Assembly: GCF_031769215.1 (NCBI RefSeq)
Contig: NW_026782437.1
Location: 310,001 to 374,000, forward strand
Direction: 5' to 3'
Length of the DNA stretch: 64,000 nt
From: Ylistrum balloti
Lineage: Eukaryota
The translations under genes and the position numbers were made by a program. Below, one piece after another: positions 60,480-64,000 of this stretch (position 1 is the first letter of the stretch; the number at the start of each line of letters is the position of its first letter). The notes beneath the pieces are model-generated. The model searched no databases, was not told the DNA's origin, and worked only from the letters and a program-made list of their open reading frames with translations.

Positions 60480-61096
60480 ATGTGATGGGCTCTTCCGGAA
60501 TGCACAGATGTAGCTATAGCCCTTCCGGCAGTTCCGTTTGTACAATAAGACTTTGACCGTTGGAACAACTGACACCTCTACATTCACCACAACATGGAGA
60601 ACATTCCAATCCATGTTTTCTGCAGCTACATCTTTTCGAATCGCAGCTGGTTTTGCAGTTGCATCGAATCACTTTAAGGAGAAAATCCGGTGCTGGCGGG
60701 AGGTGGGTTCTCACTGGAAACAGCCTATCATTACCGGTATACGATCCCCATTCATCAGGTGACAGGGTTTCCTCTGGTCTCATCCATTGCTGTACCTGTA
60801 GGTAAACGCGTTTGCTATGATAAGCAGCAGCAGCAGCAGATGTTGGCGACATATTTACGGCGACTATAGGTTTCCATAGTTTTTTACCGCGTACAAACTG
60901 GTATAGTATATTTGACAGTGATTTAGAAAAAAGTGTATTTGAAATACAATTTAAATTAGACCCAATGTTGATGTATTTACTTATTAGACAATGCCATCAC
61001 TTTGATTCGAAAAATTGAATAAGATACTCAAAATTAACGTACGGTACTTGGCCCAGGTTCGGCTATCGGAGCAGACAACACATCCGTTCCAGGCTA
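60480..61096 (-). mobile_element. Academ-like DNA transposon remnant (C-terminal Cys-rich CXC/Cys8 finger)
   Basis: ORF 60514..60852: PTSAAAAAYHSKRVYLQVQQW...PPAPDFLLKVIRCNCKTSCDSKRCSCRKHGLECSPCCGECRGVSC. A possible terminus reads TAGCCTGG on the minus strand from 61096 (Academ termini are 5'-TAG as I recall). The partner TIR was not found. Confidence 0.65.
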
Positions 61097-62609
61097 AAAT
61101 ATGTACACAACATTAAAAATCTTTTTTAATTTGATTTTACAAGTAAATACCATTTGAAGTAAGTAAGGTGGTCTCAGATTTATCACAACTTACCATACTG
61201 ATAACAGCTTTTCGTATGTTTCTTCAATAAATCGATAGCCGACAAAATGTAAACAAACCGTGTTTGCCAACAGAAATTATCTCCCTTTGCATGTACGGCG
61301 ACTCATATGGATCGTACGTAATCAGTGCATTTTAAGAGGTTTTTGATCACGTTTTTTCTACTTTCCCTTAATTAGATTTTTCTAGACTTTTACTATGTTT
61401 TATTTAGACATATTTTGATTAATATTCAACAAGAATAGTTTCTGTTGCAATTAGTTGGAGGTGAAACCGTATATTGACTGGACTAGTATGAAGTGTAACG
61501 ATCAGTGGTTAGCAGGAAAGCACGGATGTTTGCCCCGCAGGTTCAACAACGTTTTTTTAATGAGTAACAAAAACCAGTGACGTAATATACAGAAATATCA
61601 GAGAAGGATCCGGATTGCGGACCGGATTATCATTATTGATCCAATACATTACAACGTATATATACCTGTACAAGATGATGTAGTGATATATGTTTTACAG
61701 TGTTTTGTCTTTATCACGTTTTCGAATTAGAAATAAATATTTTTATCTTACATATCTATATATGGTTTTATTGTTTTTTCCAATTGAATCATAAAACAGA
61801 TGTTTATTCTTGCTTATCTCCTGAATCAAACATCTTTTAAGAACAAACGTATTGAATAATGGGGTTAGTTAACCTCCCCGTCTAGATTTTGACATTTCTT
61901 TTAATCGCTTTGGATTTTTCTCAGTCGCATCCTGGGTTTTGAAATTTAAGCCCTTAGCATCAAGATAGATCGGTATACAAGTTAAGATTCAGTTAGATTA
62001 ATTAACCTGATTACGATAGATCTATACACTTACTTTAAGACACAGGTTAGTCTTTAACTATGTAGAAACAACTATATACAGATACACATCAACAGCCATA
62101 TATAGATAGGTTTATTTAGTTATAGTTAAGCATAGATAATCACAGCAGATCCAACAACACTATAAAAAGTGTAAATAAAATATTAGGTTATCAATTCTCC
62201 AAAAATTTTGTTTTCCAATCTGATTTAATCAAATAACCCTTGATAAAAAGCGTCCCTTCTAGAGTAACCATAAAGAACCTAAACATTAAAAAAGTGCAGG
62301 GGCAGTAGGAGAATTTCATTAAAAAGTGAACAAAAAACAAGCAAAACGCAAAAAGTATTTCCAAAGCTCACAAAGAAATTAAAACATTCGGAGATGTTAT
62401 GGCTGAACAAGTGTCAAGTGCGACAATTATCCATATATAAACAATTCTGGCGTTATCATAAGTAGCAGCATTGGGAATGGACAAACAGATCTGGTTTATC
62501 GTTCGGAATACAAGAACAGAATCCCTCAACCACAAAAGTATGGTCCCGAAAACACCAGCTCTTTGGTAAGTGGAAACCATCGAAGATAGGAAACCGCGGA
62601 TAGTGACTG

Positions 62610-63835
62610 TATTGATGTTATCTCCGTAGCTACATGGAATGTCGGCAATGGAATGTGTGGTAAACTCAGTTAGTTAGAATATGTCAAAATTATACAAAAC
62701 CATGATGTAATATGTTTTAGTGAATGGTAGCCTACAGAGGAGGATACATTGGAGTGTCTAGGGTATACTCATTTTTTTTTATATCCGAAGAAGTCGGGTA
62801 GGGGGAGAAATTGTTATTGCTTGTACAAGAACATGATGATTGTGTGCAATATCAGTGATACAGTTATTGCCGAACAAAATTGTATAATTCATTTGTTTTT
62901 GGTGTTAGTTCCCTCCGGAGAACAGTGTATTTTATACGGAAAATAATATTGATTTAGAGTTTAGAGGAAAGTCTGTTTAGATATAAAGAGCAAGTCATGT
63001 GTATTTAATGGGTGGATCTCAATTCGAGAACAGGTACCAGACATGGCTTTACAGAAAATGACCACCTTAAAAGTGATAAACTTAATTTAATGGAAACTTT
63101 TAACTACTATAAAAACAAGGATAGAATCGAGCGAGAGAATATGGATGAATTTGTACATTCTTTTGGTAGGAGACTATTAGCACTGTATAAAACGTCTGGT
63201 ATACAAATTGTTAAAGGTCGCCACACTGGAGAGAAGGAAGGGAGTTTTAGTTTTTACAGTAAAAATGGCAAAAGTAATAGAGATTGTTTGCTGACATTTA
63301 TAGATAACTTTGCTGACATTTATGTATTCACTTCTGGAAACTATTTCAGATCATGCTCCACTGTCTTACAAAATACGATCGAATTACAAACAAGATTTTT
63401 ATCACTTTAAAACGAGTACAACAACTAGAGTACCAGCAAGAACGTTTAATGGAACAGTGAAAATGCTGGTGTTATTAGGAAATCTTATGCTTATAAGTAA
63501 TAGAATGTACACAAAATTATACCAATGATATTATAGACGGCTTTTTGTGATGTACGTAATGTGTACTATAAAGTTGATCCATTGAATTACAGAGTAATTA
63601 TAGAAAGTCCCAAGCTAAACCATGGTTTACTTGTGATTAGGACAAATTATGAGGACTACAAACATACATTGGTGAAATTTAACCGATGTAAGTCCGAAGA
63701 TTATTGAAATGTACTACAAACTGTGTCTTAAAAGCATGATTGAACCACAAGATTGAATCGAATGATGAATGGGTAATTAAGATAAGAATAGAACTCGAAA
63801 AATTGGGTTAGCTTATCTATGGGACAAAACAGACG
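62610..63835 (+). mobile_element. Decayed LINE (RTE-X-like) with AP-endonuclease remnant and post-RT fragment
   Basis: Translated remnants VATWNV...HDVICFSE (62610-62730), DLNSRTG...FGRRLLALYK..GIQIVKGR..G...G.FSF.S.NG.S..D (63012..63410), and W.IKIRIELEKLG.AYLW (about 63760-63830). Many stops and frameshifts. Confidence 0.75.
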
Positions 63836-64000
63836 TAGATCATCGATCACGTAGCGGTCAAGCGAAGGTGAGCGGTTTCTCGTGTGGTGAATATTTTTTA
63901 AATTACCTATTTTTAGGACTTTTTTAAAAAGTATTTATACCAATATGTATAAGTGACTATATCGACTGGACTACCACTGTGTTTTTGTGGCTTAAATTGT

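Overview
AT-rich eukaryotic (animal) genomic DNA with GT-AG introns. The repeat content suggests a bivalve mollusc (inference). Left part: a spliced minus-strand SMIM29/C6orf1-like small membrane-protein gene (12.2-17.5 kb) surrounded and interrupted by unrelated minisatellites, followed by a CR1-type LINE 3' fragment. Centre and right: a plus-strand cluster of four related genes with the same all-phase-0 exon structure. Each encodes a basic low-complexity N-terminus, an intracellular vWA domain (DTTGS MIDAS motif), a Lys-rich linker and a C-terminal W-S-x-W...(A)[LV]YE...[FY]DYAW domain that I read as a degenerate GIY-YIG-like domain of the plant EFFECTOR OF TRANSCRIPTION type. Gene 1 (23948-29758, about 1186 aa) has a 526-aa H1-like linker with six GRP (AT-hook-like) motifs. 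Copy A (41704-44307, about 665 aa) is intact with a well-formed promoter. Copies B and C arose through a near-identical 6.65-kb tandem duplication and share an 8-bp frameshift and promoter deletions. B is a chimera, and C carries clustered substitutions next to the MIDAS loops plus a nonsense codon. The right end holds RTE-X-like LINE remnants and an Academ-like DNA transposon fragment. No database searches were run: family names come from motif recognition and need HMM or structure confirmation.
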